A stretch of 36,969 bases of DNA from a virus (taxonomy: Duplodnaviria; Caudoviricetes), in the IMG/VR virus record IMGVR_UViG_3300005144_000044, positions 1 through 36,969 of that record; one strand, 5' to 3'. Below the pieces are notes generated by a model that was not told where the DNA came from, did not search any database, and saw nothing but the letters and a program-made list of their open reading frames with translations. Position 1 is the stretch's first letter, and each line of letters begins with the position of its first letter. The translations under genes were made by a program, and so were the position numbers. This document shows positions 25,005 through 34,140 of the stretch, one piece after another.

Positions 25005-25110
25005 AAAAAGCCCCCGCGGAATTGTTGCCCGCGAAGGCTCTGTGTAAACTCTATTTTTCTAGCCTAATAGTAACAGAAGAGTTCACTGGATTTCACTTGA
25101 TTTTACTGTA
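25005..25110 (-). promoter_or_regulatory. Late promoter/terminator unit A
   Basis: Three 10-bp repeats (TACAGTAAAA/TCAAGTGAAA/TCCAGTGAAC) overlapping activator stop; TGtTACTAT -10; GAGCC hairpin and U-tract. Confidence 0.65.
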
Positions 25111-25519
25111 GAGTTTTTGGGATCGACACTAAAGAGAGTGCTTTTTTATGTGCCCTGAACACATTATCGATACCGTAGTTCATATCCGCTGCGATTTGTT
25201 CCCAAGAAAGAAAATTGAGGTAACGTTTCTCAAGAATTATCTGATACTCTAGCACCTCAATTCCTTTGATGAGTGCAACAATCTCATGCTTCAGATCGAC
25301 AAATCGATCGATGTCTTGGTTGATTTCCTCCTGCAAGTCAATGATTTTATCAACGGCATTTGCTAAGGAGTCAATATTGCGATTGGGGTTTCGTGGCATC
25401 TCGGAAAAGACAGAAGTAGCTTTGTTGGCAATGGCGTTCAAGGATTCCAGATGTTCCAACTTGGAATTGATGCACTGGTCAAGGTAATACGCCTGTCTGA
25501 AATATTCCTTTGCTGTCAT
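25103..25519 (-). CDS. Late transcription regulator (DUF1492/RinA/ArpU-like)
   Basis: MTAKEY..QA, LEKRYL...SWEQIAA.MNY...H.KAL HTH; position before packaging genes. Confidence 0.85.
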   Translation of the reverse strand: MTAKEYFRQAYYLDQCINSKLEHLESLNAIANKATSVFSEMPRNPNRNIDSLANAVDKIIDLQEEINQDIDRFVDLKHEIVALIKGIEVLEYQIILEKRYLNFLSWEQIAADMNYGIDNVFRAHKKALSLVSIPKTLQ

Positions 25520-25734
25520 GAAGCAACCTCCCGATCCAGTCGTTCAAGAAGTGCAACTGGATTCAGATTGGACAGGACACAGAAATATTCCGAATGAAAG
25601 AATTGCAGGATGCGGGTAATGGCCAGGTTGGCAGAAGCGTCCTCTGGTTTCTTAGCCAGAGTTCGTCTGGCTTTTCTGTAGTCCTTAACAGCCTTCAATA
25701 TAATAGCATTGGCCAAATTCTCATAGGGATTCAT
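25516..25734 (-). CDS. Conserved phage protein
   Basis: PYENLANAII..AVKDYR..FF.S motif; GGAGG SD. Confidence 0.75.
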   Translation of the reverse strand: MNPYENLANAIILKAVKDYRKARRTLAKKPEDASANLAITRILQFFHSEYFCVLSNLNPVALLERLDREVAS

Positions 25735-26068
25735 CTTGTACCTCCAATGGTTTACACATCTGATCAAAGAACAAAATGGGTTTGCTAAGTTGCTTGGCCA
25801 GCGAAATCTCGCGTTTCATTCCGGCACTGATTTTTGAGCCAAACACCCACACCTCATCACAGATGCCTAAAACATCAAGGCCCATTTCCAACCCCAGGTC
25901 GCGTTCCTCTGCAATGGCGTCATCCAGGAACCTGGTGAAGTAGAGGTGCGGAGCGATTGGGATCGCACTTTGGCTGCTGACAAATCGACAATACCTGGCT
26001 GCTCGCTCAATGTTGTTCATTAAATCCCCCGCCAGTGGGGAGCAAACATAAATCAATGGTTTTTTCAT
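25721..26068 (-). CDS. DUF4406-like (nucleoside 2-deoxyribosyltransferase-like fold) protein
   Basis: IYVCSP..GD, APHLYF..FLDD, CDEVWVFG..IS.GM..EI. Confidence 0.8.
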   Translation of the reverse strand: MKKPLIYVCSPLAGDLMNNIERAARYCRFVSSQSAIPIAPHLYFTRFLDDAIAEERDLGLEMGLDVLGICDEVWVFGSKISAGMKREISLAKQLSKPILFFDQMCKPLEVQDESL

Positions 26069-26087
26069 TTTGATGGTCCTTTCCAAC

Positions 26088-26142
26088 AAAAAAGCCGGGG
26101 CATTTGCCAGCGGCAATAAAAAAACCGGGATTCTCCCGGCTC
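26088..26142 (-). terminator. Two tandem intrinsic terminators
   Basis: GAGCCGGGAGAAUCCCGGUUUUUUU then GCCG..CGGCUUUUUU. Confidence 0.7.
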
Positions 26143-26249
26143 ATTTGCATCTGTCTGTACCATGTCCTGTCATAACTACGCCATTTGACCTCCTTCTTCC
26201 AATAAATATGCCTGGTCGAAACCCAGCCAGGTACAACTTTAGGCACGTG

Positions 26250-26520
26250 AGTTGTCATGTGCGGCGGGTGTGCGGAGGTGACGTCTATTCAACGCACACC
26301 TCGCGCCTTACAACGCCAGGCCTTTTGCGTTTTTTCATCCCTCTATTTCTTCTATTAATATCTATACTTTTATATAGAAGTAAATTCATTCAACCTCAGA
26401 TGAATTTGCCCTATATATATAGGTAGGGGGACAACTCACACCCGCACAAAAACCTGAAGACGAAGTCATGTTGGGTATTACAGCCGTGAGTACCCGGTAC
26501 GAACATGACCCGCACACCAC
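26250..26520. other. Putative phage replication origin
   Basis: Inverted CCGCACA/TGTGCGG repeats flanking an AT-rich core and CCTATATATATAGG palindrome, directly after primase-helicase. Confidence 0.55.
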
Positions 26521-28377
26521 TCACGTTTTTGCCTTGAAAACGGCCATTTGTTTGCCATCTATACGAATCCGTTTGGTTTCGTATCCCAGCTGACGACATA
26601 TTTCACTGGAAAATTCATAGATTGACATCGCCTGGTAGCCGTTTTCACGACACCAGACGTTATACACCTGATGCATTTCACGTGAAGATCGATCAAGCAC
26701 TTCATGGTCCTCCAAAAACAATTTGATCGGATTGTTGCGCTTTTCATACCTGGATTTCTCCTGTAAAACGGCACCTGGTTCGGTCAATCCCTTATTCCTG
26801 ATAACTCGCTTGAGTGCCATGACAGAAAGGAACAGAAATCGTTCCATGGCAGCAGGATCACGAAGTTTGTCGATGATGAAGGGGTCATAATCTGGATCGT
26901 CTTTGGAAAATTTGGCATTGAAGGGAATGAGCCACAATCGTCTGGCCAGGCCATCCGAAACATCGCGGATCCGCGGCATGTCATTGGCTGAAAAGAACAA
27001 TTTGGCGAATGGCTCAAAATCAAACGGATCTTCACCTTTGCGTTCGACATTGATCGTATTACCGGTAGCGATATTTTTGAAAACCGAGTTATCCTCGATG
27101 AATGTCTTGCCGATGTCGTCACCGATATTGGCCAATTTCCCCACCAGTTCCGCCGTTTTGAACCGTTCATCAAGTGACTTAAAAGATAACGCCGAGTAGT
27201 TTTCATTACCCAACAGCCGTTTGACCATGTCAAGGTAGGTTGACTTACCATTCTTGCCAAAACCCGTCAAAAAGAACGCTGCGCCATACTCCGAACGACG
27301 AAACAAGGCATAACCAGGCGCTTCTTCTAGAAGCGAGCGAAGATCCGGATCATGGCAGCTAATGCGGTCTAGGACCTCATCAACCACGTTGCATTCAGCA
27401 TCCGGATTCCAATTGAAGGGGACCTGATTGGGTACGATCCTTTCATGCGTGAAGGGGAGCAACTCAAGGGTATCAACGTCCAATATGCCGTTCTTGACCG
27501 CGATGTATCGGCAATGTTCATAATAGGCCACAGGAGCTCGAAGGCGCAGATATTGCAGGACTTCCTTTCGCCTGGATTGGGTCAAAGTCGGTAAATGATT
27601 CAGCATGGCACATTCAATTTCACTGGCATCTGATGAATAGGTCTGACCGGTAAAAATATGAAGACGGTAGTTAATTTTAACAATGTGATTATCATTGATC
27701 AGAAAATCACCCATGACATTGTGCTGAAAGGTCGTGCCATTGAAAAAGGCCGGTTTGGCAAACGCCTCATCCCGGAAAATGGTTTCCAACTCGCGCTTGG
27801 GCAACGGTTTCTTCAAGACATACTGATTGACGATCTGCAGGGTAAACCGGGCATCCTGCTTGGAAAACCCTGCTGCCTGCAAGGCCAGGATGTAATTGAA
27901 CAAGGTCTGGTTACGCCCGTCGCCCTCATCCATTGCATGAAAATCCGGCACTTTGTCGACCGGATTGAGCCACTGAGGGAGCGGGTCAACCTCATCTGGC
28001 TGAAAGATCCACTCGCGCAAGACGCCATCGATTTTCAGGGGAACGAGTCGGTTCTTGACCCCGATGTCGGCAGTCAAACCGATCGCCAGTTTAGCGCCAA
28101 CCCGATTATTGGTCTGACCAGTTTTTCGGAAGTAAAAATGCATGCCACGAGTCGTTTTCAGGACTGAACAGAGGATCTTTCTGTCCTCAATGATTTTCAG
28201 AAGGATCTTGGCCTCGTCGCCATCATCGAGATCAATCTGGATGAAATCATCAGCCAGAATGCCCCCAAAACCAGCAAATTCGCTGACTGCTCCTATGGTA
28301 TAAAATGACGATCGATCTTTGTATGCTTCCATGGCGCGTTTGCCACGCATGGGTAGATACCCTTTGAAAATGTCCAA
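26521..28377 (-). CDS. Primase-helicase (prim-pol, PriCT and P4/D5 SF3 helicase)
   Basis: IDLD and TTRGMHFYF; GRNQTLF; G.GKNGKST, LANIGDD, FSAN.MP. Confidence 0.9.
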   Translation of the reverse strand: MDIFKGYLPMRGKRAMEAYKDRSSFYTIGAVSEFAGFGGILADDFIQIDLDDGDEAKILLKIIEDRKILCSVLKTTRGMHFYFRKTGQTNNRVGAKLAIGLTADIGVKNRLVPLKIDGVLREWIFQPDEVDPLPQWLNPVDKVPDFHAMDEGDGRNQTLFNYILALQAAGFSKQDARFTLQIVNQYVLKKPLPKRELETIFRDEAFAKPAFFNGTTFQHNVMGDFLINDNHIVKINYRLHIFTGQTYSSDASEIECAMLNHLPTLTQSRRKEVLQYLRLRAPVAYYEHCRYIAVKNGILDVDTLELLPFTHERIVPNQVPFNWNPDAECNVVDEVLDRISCHDPDLRSLLEEAPGYALFRRSEYGAAFFLTGFGKNGKSTYLDMVKRLLGNENYSALSFKSLDERFKTAELVGKLANIGDDIGKTFIEDNSVFKNIATGNTINVERKGEDPFDFEPFAKLFFSANDMPRIRDVSDGLARRLWLIPFNAKFSKDDPDYDPFIIDKLRDPAAMERFLFLSVMALKRVIRNKGLTEPGAVLQEKSRYEKRNNPIKLFLEDHEVLDRSSREMHQVYNVWCRENGYQAMSIYEFSSEICRQLGYETKRIRIDGKQMAVFKAKT

Positions 28378-28396
28378 AGAAAATCAGCTCCTTTTT

Positions 28397-30097
28397 TCAT
28401 AGTAAAGATAGAAATTCCAGGTCACCGAGGAAATCATTCACGCGATCTTTGGCCTGACGGATGTACCAATCCCGGTCAAGTTTCTCAGGGACAGGTTTGC
28501 CATTTACATTGCCGTTGTTGATAAAGCAATTGAATGGTGATCCGGCTACTTTCTCGACGCGGCTTTCCGACTTGACCTTGTAAATACCTGGATCCGAAGC
28601 ATCAGAGGACGCAAAAATCCGGAGGGTCTTTTCCCGAAGGGGTTGAAGGCCGTGCCGGAAATGCGTGTACTTGCCACTAAGCTTGACGATCTTTTGGAAT
28701 TCCATCAGGTTGTTGCAGGAACGGATGGTTGTTTCAACTGGGATGTCATGCACAAGGCGTTCGACTACCGCGCGATTGACAATCGGCAGGTCGTTATCCA
28801 GGACGTCGAGTTTTTTGACATAGCTGCCCTTGGACTTAAAGGTTCCATCTTCGCGTATCAGGATGTAGTTGTTGACGTCCTTTTGCACGATCTTGGCAAA
28901 CGTTTCATATTCGAGCACCATCCGGGTCCTGACTTCCCACACGCGGCAAACCTCGTAGATAACTGAAACATCCCCCACGACCTTGCCCACCAAACCATCT
29001 GTGTTGGATTGGATCAGCTGCCAGTGCGGCTCCAATTTCTCGATCAGGTCCAGAAGGAACAGCTGACCATTGACGCAGACGTTGTTAGCCATGAGAGGAT
29101 CATATAGGACGTTGAACTTGTCCTTCATGGCGCCATATGTCGAGTTGAGGACGATCTTGTATGGCAGCTGCATCGGGTCTTTGGCCGCTTTGAGCCGGAT
29201 CCGCTCGTCCCGGATCTGGCAATATTTCTGCGGGTTTTGGATGTTGCGGCTGGTAAATCCGTACTCGATCATCAGGGCAGGATAGTAGGAAGCCACATCG
29301 ATGCTCAGAATAATTCCGCTCTCGCAGACACATTCATTGGCGCCGTGCAATCCGCCCCAGGCAAATACATGCTTGACCCCGCTGACACCGGTGGTCAGAG
29401 ACAGGTCATAGAAATGATTTCGCTTGTCCTGATACCAGTCGCGAACCTCTGCATATTTATCCAATTTGAGCTCAGGTGGGATCGTGATCTGAAATTCATC
29501 GTCATGACTCTGGCGAATGGCACCCAAAATGATCGCAGACAATTGCGGTTTGGTTTTAGATAGAAATCCAATCGGCAGCGAGAAGGTCTTGATCAATGCC
29601 ATCTGGCTGTCAAATTCCTCCTGGCGATTGAGAAACACCTCAATGGTTTGCTCGACATCATGGTGACAATAGCGAAGGACATCTGTGATTTCTGAATCGG
29701 TCAATTTGCGGTTTTCATTGAACGGTACGGTCGTTTCTTCAATGTTGTGGCCCATGAACCCCTCAAGCTGTTTGAGGCCCTTGAATTTATCAGTCATGAC
29801 ATCAAAAAAGATCAGCGGGATCTGGTTAAACTCGCGGCTGATCTCCCAACCCCGTCTATCCTCATTGATGATCGCATGCGAAACGTCAAATGGGTTCATA
29901 TCCAGAAGGATCGATTTTAGGATGTACTGGTCGTACTCCCGGCAGTTATACCCAATCCAGATATCTGATTTATGTTGGGAATAATACGCTTCGAGCTGGT
30001 CGCGATTGTTGACGATCTCAGAGGTGGAACGGGTGCTGGCATTTGCCAGCACCACCACCCAATCATGAGGGTACACCTCGAAGTCAAAGAAGATCAC
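28397..30097 (-). CDS. Family B DNA polymerase with 3'-5' exonuclease
   Basis: FFDFE, GYN..YD, YC.HDV exonuclease motifs; DVASYYP, KIVLNSTYG, SNTDG, KDVNNY polymerase motifs. Confidence 0.85.
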   Translation of the reverse strand: MIFFDFEVYPHDWVVVLANASTRSTSEIVNNRDQLEAYYSQHKSDIWIGYNCREYDQYILKSILLDMNPFDVSHAIINEDRRGWEISREFNQIPLIFFDVMTDKFKGLKQLEGFMGHNIEETTVPFNENRKLTDSEITDVLRYCHHDVEQTIEVFLNRQEEFDSQMALIKTFSLPIGFLSKTKPQLSAIILGAIRQSHDDEFQITIPPELKLDKYAEVRDWYQDKRNHFYDLSLTTGVSGVKHVFAWGGLHGANECVCESGIILSIDVASYYPALMIEYGFTSRNIQNPQKYCQIRDERIRLKAAKDPMQLPYKIVLNSTYGAMKDKFNVLYDPLMANNVCVNGQLFLLDLIEKLEPHWQLIQSNTDGLVGKVVGDVSVIYEVCRVWEVRTRMVLEYETFAKIVQKDVNNYILIREDGTFKSKGSYVKKLDVLDNDLPIVNRAVVERLVHDIPVETTIRSCNNLMEFQKIVKLSGKYTHFRHGLQPLREKTLRIFASSDASDPGIYKVKSESRVEKVAGSPFNCFINNGNVNGKPVPEKLDRDWYIRQAKDRVNDFLGDLEFLSLL

Positions 30098-30537
30098 TCG
30101 TAGACCTCGACGATAGCGTAGTCACGGAACCCCTTGTTGTTTGTTCTGACCTCGAGATCGTAGGTCAAACCGGCGGTTTCGATCTCTTCGGAAATATCCA
30201 GCAAAAGATCGTTGTACTGCGCATAGCTGTCAAATTGGATATCAAGGCCCGATTCCAGAGAGCGCAGAAACTCGTTGGCCATGTGGATCCCGAACGGCTG
30301 GTTGACCAGGCGGTTGTAGAAGATCAGACGGTTCTGGTACTGGCCTTCGGTCACCTTGAACCAGATGCTGACCATCGGGTCGCCTTTTTTGCTGGTTTTG
30401 AGCTCCATCTTATCAACCTTGACGGCATAGGTGCCATCGGGCAATTCCTCGAACGTGCCCTTGTTGTTCGATGCCTCGACAACATCCTGCTTTAAAGCAT
30501 CGAGATCTACTTGCTTGTCAAATTTGCTCCAATCCAT
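30094..30537 (-). CDS. DUF669 family protein (probable ssDNA-binding)
   Basis: LPDGTY.V.V...ELK.SKKGDPM..IWFKV..G.Y motif; follows AAA recombinase. Confidence 0.8.
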   Translation of the reverse strand: MDWSKFDKQVDLDALKQDVVEASNNKGTFEELPDGTYAVKVDKMELKTSKKGDPMVSIWFKVTEGQYQNRLIFYNRLVNQPFGIHMANEFLRSLESGLDIQFDSYAQYNDLLLDISEEIETAGLTYDLEVRTNNKGFRDYAIVEVYE

Positions 30538-30549
30538 GTTAGAAAATCC

Positions 30550-32184
30550 TCACTTTCTGCTGCGACGTGCGCGCTTGGGCTGTTCTGTCTCGGTAGGTTC
30601 TGTTTCTTGGCTGGAAACTGCTTCGGGTTCGGTTGTGTCGATCACCTGAGGAGGAGTCGGTTTCTCAACTGGTTCACGCTTAGCCCGGACGGTTTTCCCT
30701 GCCTGGGCTGCGTGCAGGATCTTCCAGAACTCATCGCGGTTGAGTGAAATCTGGTCGACACCGAAGTTATAGCGACTACCGCCAAAGATATAGGGAGATG
30801 TCTTGAAAGACAGGTAGCGTTCATCGCCATCGGCAACGACTCGTGCGGTCAGATCGACGATACCGGCGAGGACGTTACTGACCTTGTCGTTGACATTGGG
30901 GGTGAAGGTGGTCACTTTTTCACCCGTTTTTCGAGTGATTTCTTTTGTCACGACTTTGCTGATAAACACCAGTTGGTAGCCGCAGTTTTTCAGGCGTTTC
31001 ATGGTCGAGAGGAATTCGGTTCGGACCATGTCCCAACCCTTGCCGAAACCGGCATCCTGCTCATGCTCGATGCCAAGTTTGTCGTACATGTACAGCCGGC
31101 AATGTTCAAAGACGTCTTCGACCAGGTCGATGACAATGGTCTGGAAGGTGTTGTCCCGTTTTTCCAGTTCGGAAACGGCTTCGAGGAACATATCCCAAGC
31201 GAGGCGACGGCGGGTGATACGGCCATCCTGGGTCACCTCGTCCTTGATCCGGATCACAGGGCTACTGATGTGATCGACGTTGCCATCGGTGTTGATAAAC
31301 AGTACATTGTCAAAGCTGTCCATGAACACGGTCTTGCCGGTGTAGCTGTCGCCATACAACCACATGTCCGGGGTGGTGTTGATCAGGATCTCACGGCGTT
31401 CGTTTTTGGGTAGAAGCATATAGGTTTGTCCTCCTAGACAATAATTTTGGTAGTCGCACCAATCACACAGATTGGTGATGGATTTGGGAAAGAACTGCAG
31501 GACTAGGCTAGCTGGATCATAGGTCGGATGGATCTGCTGGCATTCGTTTTCTTCTTTCCAGGCCAGTTTGGTTTTATACATCTCGATTGCAGTCGAAGCG
31601 ACCTGTTCCACCTTGTCACGGTTGTACGGTACTTCCGTGATCGTGACGTGCATGGTCGACAGTTCGTTTTTCAGGCGTTTACGGAAACGATAGAGGTCTT
31701 CGGTTTTCTTCATCCGGATCTGGGTTTTGGGGATGTGAACGAAGAACAGCCGACCCGAGTGACGGCCATAGTAGCGATAGAGGCTTAGCTGTGGTGAATC
31801 AAGATAGCGCTCGATCGACTTGGTGTACTTGAAATCATAGACATCGCCATCGGCTAGAAGATCGATGAAGCCGACAAATTCACCGGTTTGGATCGGCACT
31901 TCGAACTGACCGGGCGGGAGAATCGCTCGGGCTTTGGGAATCAGGGTTTCAAGCTTGATCGCTTCATTGATATGAAGATCCGTGATGACATAGTACTGAG
32001 AAAAATACCAGTCGATGGCCGCGTTGACTCCCTTTTCAATCCCAAGATGTAGGGCCTGACCCAGGATCAGGGCATTGTCGGCATCCTGGTTAGGTATGAC
32101 ACCTGTTACGGCTATGTACTTTAGGTACCAGCTGAATCGGCATTTGTTCCATTGTTCGACTCGGCTGTGGCTGAATGGATCCAA
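30550..32184 (-). CDS. PD-(D/E)XK exonuclease fused to AAA_24 (Sak4-like) ATPase
   Basis: SHSR..KC, GFIDL..YDFK, QL.LY, C..C.....C; then YGDSYTGKT and IVIDLVED. Confidence 0.85.
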   Translation of the reverse strand: MDPFSHSRVEQWNKCRFSWYLKYIAVTGVIPNQDADNALILGQALHLGIEKGVNAAIDWYFSQYYVITDLHINEAIKLETLIPKARAILPPGQFEVPIQTGEFVGFIDLLADGDVYDFKYTKSIERYLDSPQLSLYRYYGRHSGRLFFVHIPKTQIRMKKTEDLYRFRKRLKNELSTMHVTITEVPYNRDKVEQVASTAIEMYKTKLAWKEENECQQIHPTYDPASLVLQFFPKSITNLCDWCDYQNYCLGGQTYMLLPKNERREILINTTPDMWLYGDSYTGKTVFMDSFDNVLFINTDGNVDHISSPVIRIKDEVTQDGRITRRRLAWDMFLEAVSELEKRDNTFQTIVIDLVEDVFEHCRLYMYDKLGIEHEQDAGFGKGWDMVRTEFLSTMKRLKNCGYQLVFISKVVTKEITRKTGEKVTTFTPNVNDKVSNVLAGIVDLTARVVADGDERYLSFKTSPYIFGGSRYNFGVDQISLNRDEFWKILHAAQAGKTVRAKREPVEKPTPPQVIDTTEPEAVSSQETEPTETEQPKRARRSRK

Positions 32185-32459
32185 TCGAAAACCTCCTTCC
32201 TGAAGGCATCAAATCCCTTGGGTCGCAGCAGTATCCCTCGGCCGCCCGCTTGCTCGATCTTTTCAAGCTGACGGAGTTGCAGGGGAGAGGCAACCCCATG
32301 ATCGGTTTTGAGTTCAATGCCGTAAAATCTGCCCTGGATACAAGCCAGGATGTCTGGGATTCCAGACGGGGTGAATTTTGTGCCCATGAATTTGACATGC
32401 CAGGCACCGATGTCGGTTAAGAAATGTTGGACCTTGATCTTGAATTGAGTTTCATTCAT
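32121..32459 (-). CDS. VRR-NUC domain nuclease
   Basis: E..F, GIPDILAC..G.F.GIELK, S.LQ, AGG. Confidence 0.85.
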   Translation of the reverse strand: MNETQFKIKVQHFLTDIGAWHVKFMGTKFTPSGIPDILACIQGRFYGIELKTDHGVASPLQLRQLEKIEQAGGRGILLRPKGFDAFRKEVFDWIHSATAESNNGTNADSAGT

Positions 32460-33672
32460 GTGTCCTCCGAAATAACTCATTTGTGTAGTTTTGTCGTTGC
32501 TGTAAGGTGTTCAAAATATCGATCTCGATACTGTCTTTGACCAGAAGTAGGTAGTAAAAGCAGGTCTGGGTCTGACCGATCCGGTGGATACGCTTTTGGG
32601 CTTGTTCGAAAAGTTCCGATGACAGGGGAAGGGAGAAGAAGATCATGCGTCTGGCTTTTTGCAGATTGATTCCCATAGCACCTGCCTGGTACTGGACCAG
32701 GACGATGGCGTTGTCTTGTTGTTCATAGGCAGAAAAGTCCTTGGTTTCGCCGCAGATGATACTGACCGGGCGGTCGTCGACGAGGGTCAAAATGGCGTCA
32801 CGTTCCTCATTGAAGTTGTAAAAAATAACCACGCGTTCATCCGTGCTGTCTAGCAGATCTTTCAGGGCCGTCAGTTTGTCATCATTCCAGGCACCGCATA
32901 ACCGACGTAGACCAAGCAGGTGCGTCAGGGAGTTGCCACCTTCCAAATCGGGATCCGAGCAAAGCCGGATTTTCTTGAACTTTTTGTACTTGATGGTTGC
33001 CTTGACTTCGATCTGCTCGAATATCTGATCGGGCAAGTCGATGACATCTTCGGTCTTCATGAAAACGGCACCATGGTCGGCTAATTTGCGCTTGAGACGA
33101 TCGACATTTTTGTAGCCGTCGATGATCTTGGTGGGGAAGGGGGTAGACGTATCACAGTGGTAGTCACAAAAATGCCTGACAAACAATTCCTCGCTGATGG
33201 GCCAGCCAAGTAGGTTACACTGGGTCCAGAGCGATTCGTATTTGCCACCGATCGGGGTGCCTGAAAGGAGAATGACGTTCCTGGGATTACTCTTGAGGAC
33301 GAACTTACTGCGCTTGGATGTCCGGTTTTGGATCAAGCTGGACTCATCGAGCATCAAGGTGTGGTTGGTCAGATCGAGTAGCTCCGGTCGTCGCCATAAA
33401 AGGTCATAGTTGATCACAGCAACAAATCGGTCAGGTAGCGACTGTCGTTTCTGATAGATGATAACCGGGTAGTCATAATGCTCGCGAAAGTGGTTGGCCC
33501 AGTCCTCAACCTTGGATTTCTGACAGACGACCAGGTTACGATCAGCTCCAAGCCTGACTAGCTTTTCTGCTCCGACATAGGTCTTGCCAAGGCCCATCGC
33601 CAGGTAGTACGCCACCCGGTTTCGATCCACAGTTCTCTGAAGCGCCACCACCTGATGGTCCAACAGCTTCAT
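32452..33672 (-). CDS. SNF2-family helicase
   Basis: MGLGKT, LDESS, LLSGTP, GINLQ, QAQKRIHRIGQ. Confidence 0.9.
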   Translation of the reverse strand: MKLLDHQVVALQRTVDRNRVAYYLAMGLGKTYVGAEKLVRLGADRNLVVCQKSKVEDWANHFREHYDYPVIIYQKRQSLPDRFVAVINYDLLWRRPELLDLTNHTLMLDESSLIQNRTSKRSKFVLKSNPRNVILLSGTPIGGKYESLWTQCNLLGWPISEELFVRHFCDYHCDTSTPFPTKIIDGYKNVDRLKRKLADHGAVFMKTEDVIDLPDQIFEQIEVKATIKYKKFKKIRLCSDPDLEGGNSLTHLLGLRRLCGAWNDDKLTALKDLLDSTDERVVIFYNFNEERDAILTLVDDRPVSIICGETKDFSAYEQQDNAIVLVQYQAGAMGINLQKARRMIFFSLPLSSELFEQAQKRIHRIGQTQTCFYYLLLVKDSIEIDILNTLQQRQNYTNELFRRTHE

Positions 33673-34100
33673 GACCGGCACATGCCTGGGATGACTTGGC
33701 CGACATACGGATTGAGATTGATCCAGAAATTGGTCCCCGTTGACTTGTGCTTGCGAAGCCGCTCCAGTTTCCACGCGAATCTGGAATCAAAGACATCGCA
33801 GCAGATGCTAGACAATGCCCGTTCAGTCACGAACCCGATAACCCGCTCAATGCCTTTTTCAGTTGTGATCATCAGGTTGCCGCCATTGATTTCGCTAAAC
33901 CCAAGATCGCGCTTGCTGCCAAACAGGGTGGTCATTTGAAATGAATCGAACGAATAATCCGGTTGATCGGGATTAATGAAATAGACCAATAGCCACAGCT
34001 GCTCTTTTTCGGTTTGTTCGACAAGAAGTCCCTTAACGACTTTCTCGCCATTTTGCGTATGAATTCTAATTTGACAAATGTCTCCAGGTCGAATATGCAT
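33669..34100 (-). CDS. Hypothetical protein
   Basis: AAGGAGG SD before ATG 34100; stop overlaps helicase start. Confidence 0.65.
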   Translation of the reverse strand: MHIRPGDICQIRIHTQNGEKVVKGLLVEQTEKEQLWLLVYFINPDQPDYSFDSFQMTTLFGSKRDLGFSEINGGNLMITTEKGIERVIGFVTERALSSICCDVFDSRFAWKLERLRKHKSTGTNFWINLNPYVGQVIPGMCRS

Positions 34101-34140
34101 CGAAGAAGACCTCCTTGTAATAAATAAGAAGGGAAATAGT

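Noticed and set aside
28397-30097. Protein-primed or primer-independent PolB element
   Set aside because: No terminal protein or terminal repeats seen; a separate primase-helicase is adjacent.
31420-32184. Cas4/CRISPR system
   Set aside because: The Cys-containing PD-(D/E)XK domain is in a recombination module; no array or other cas genes.
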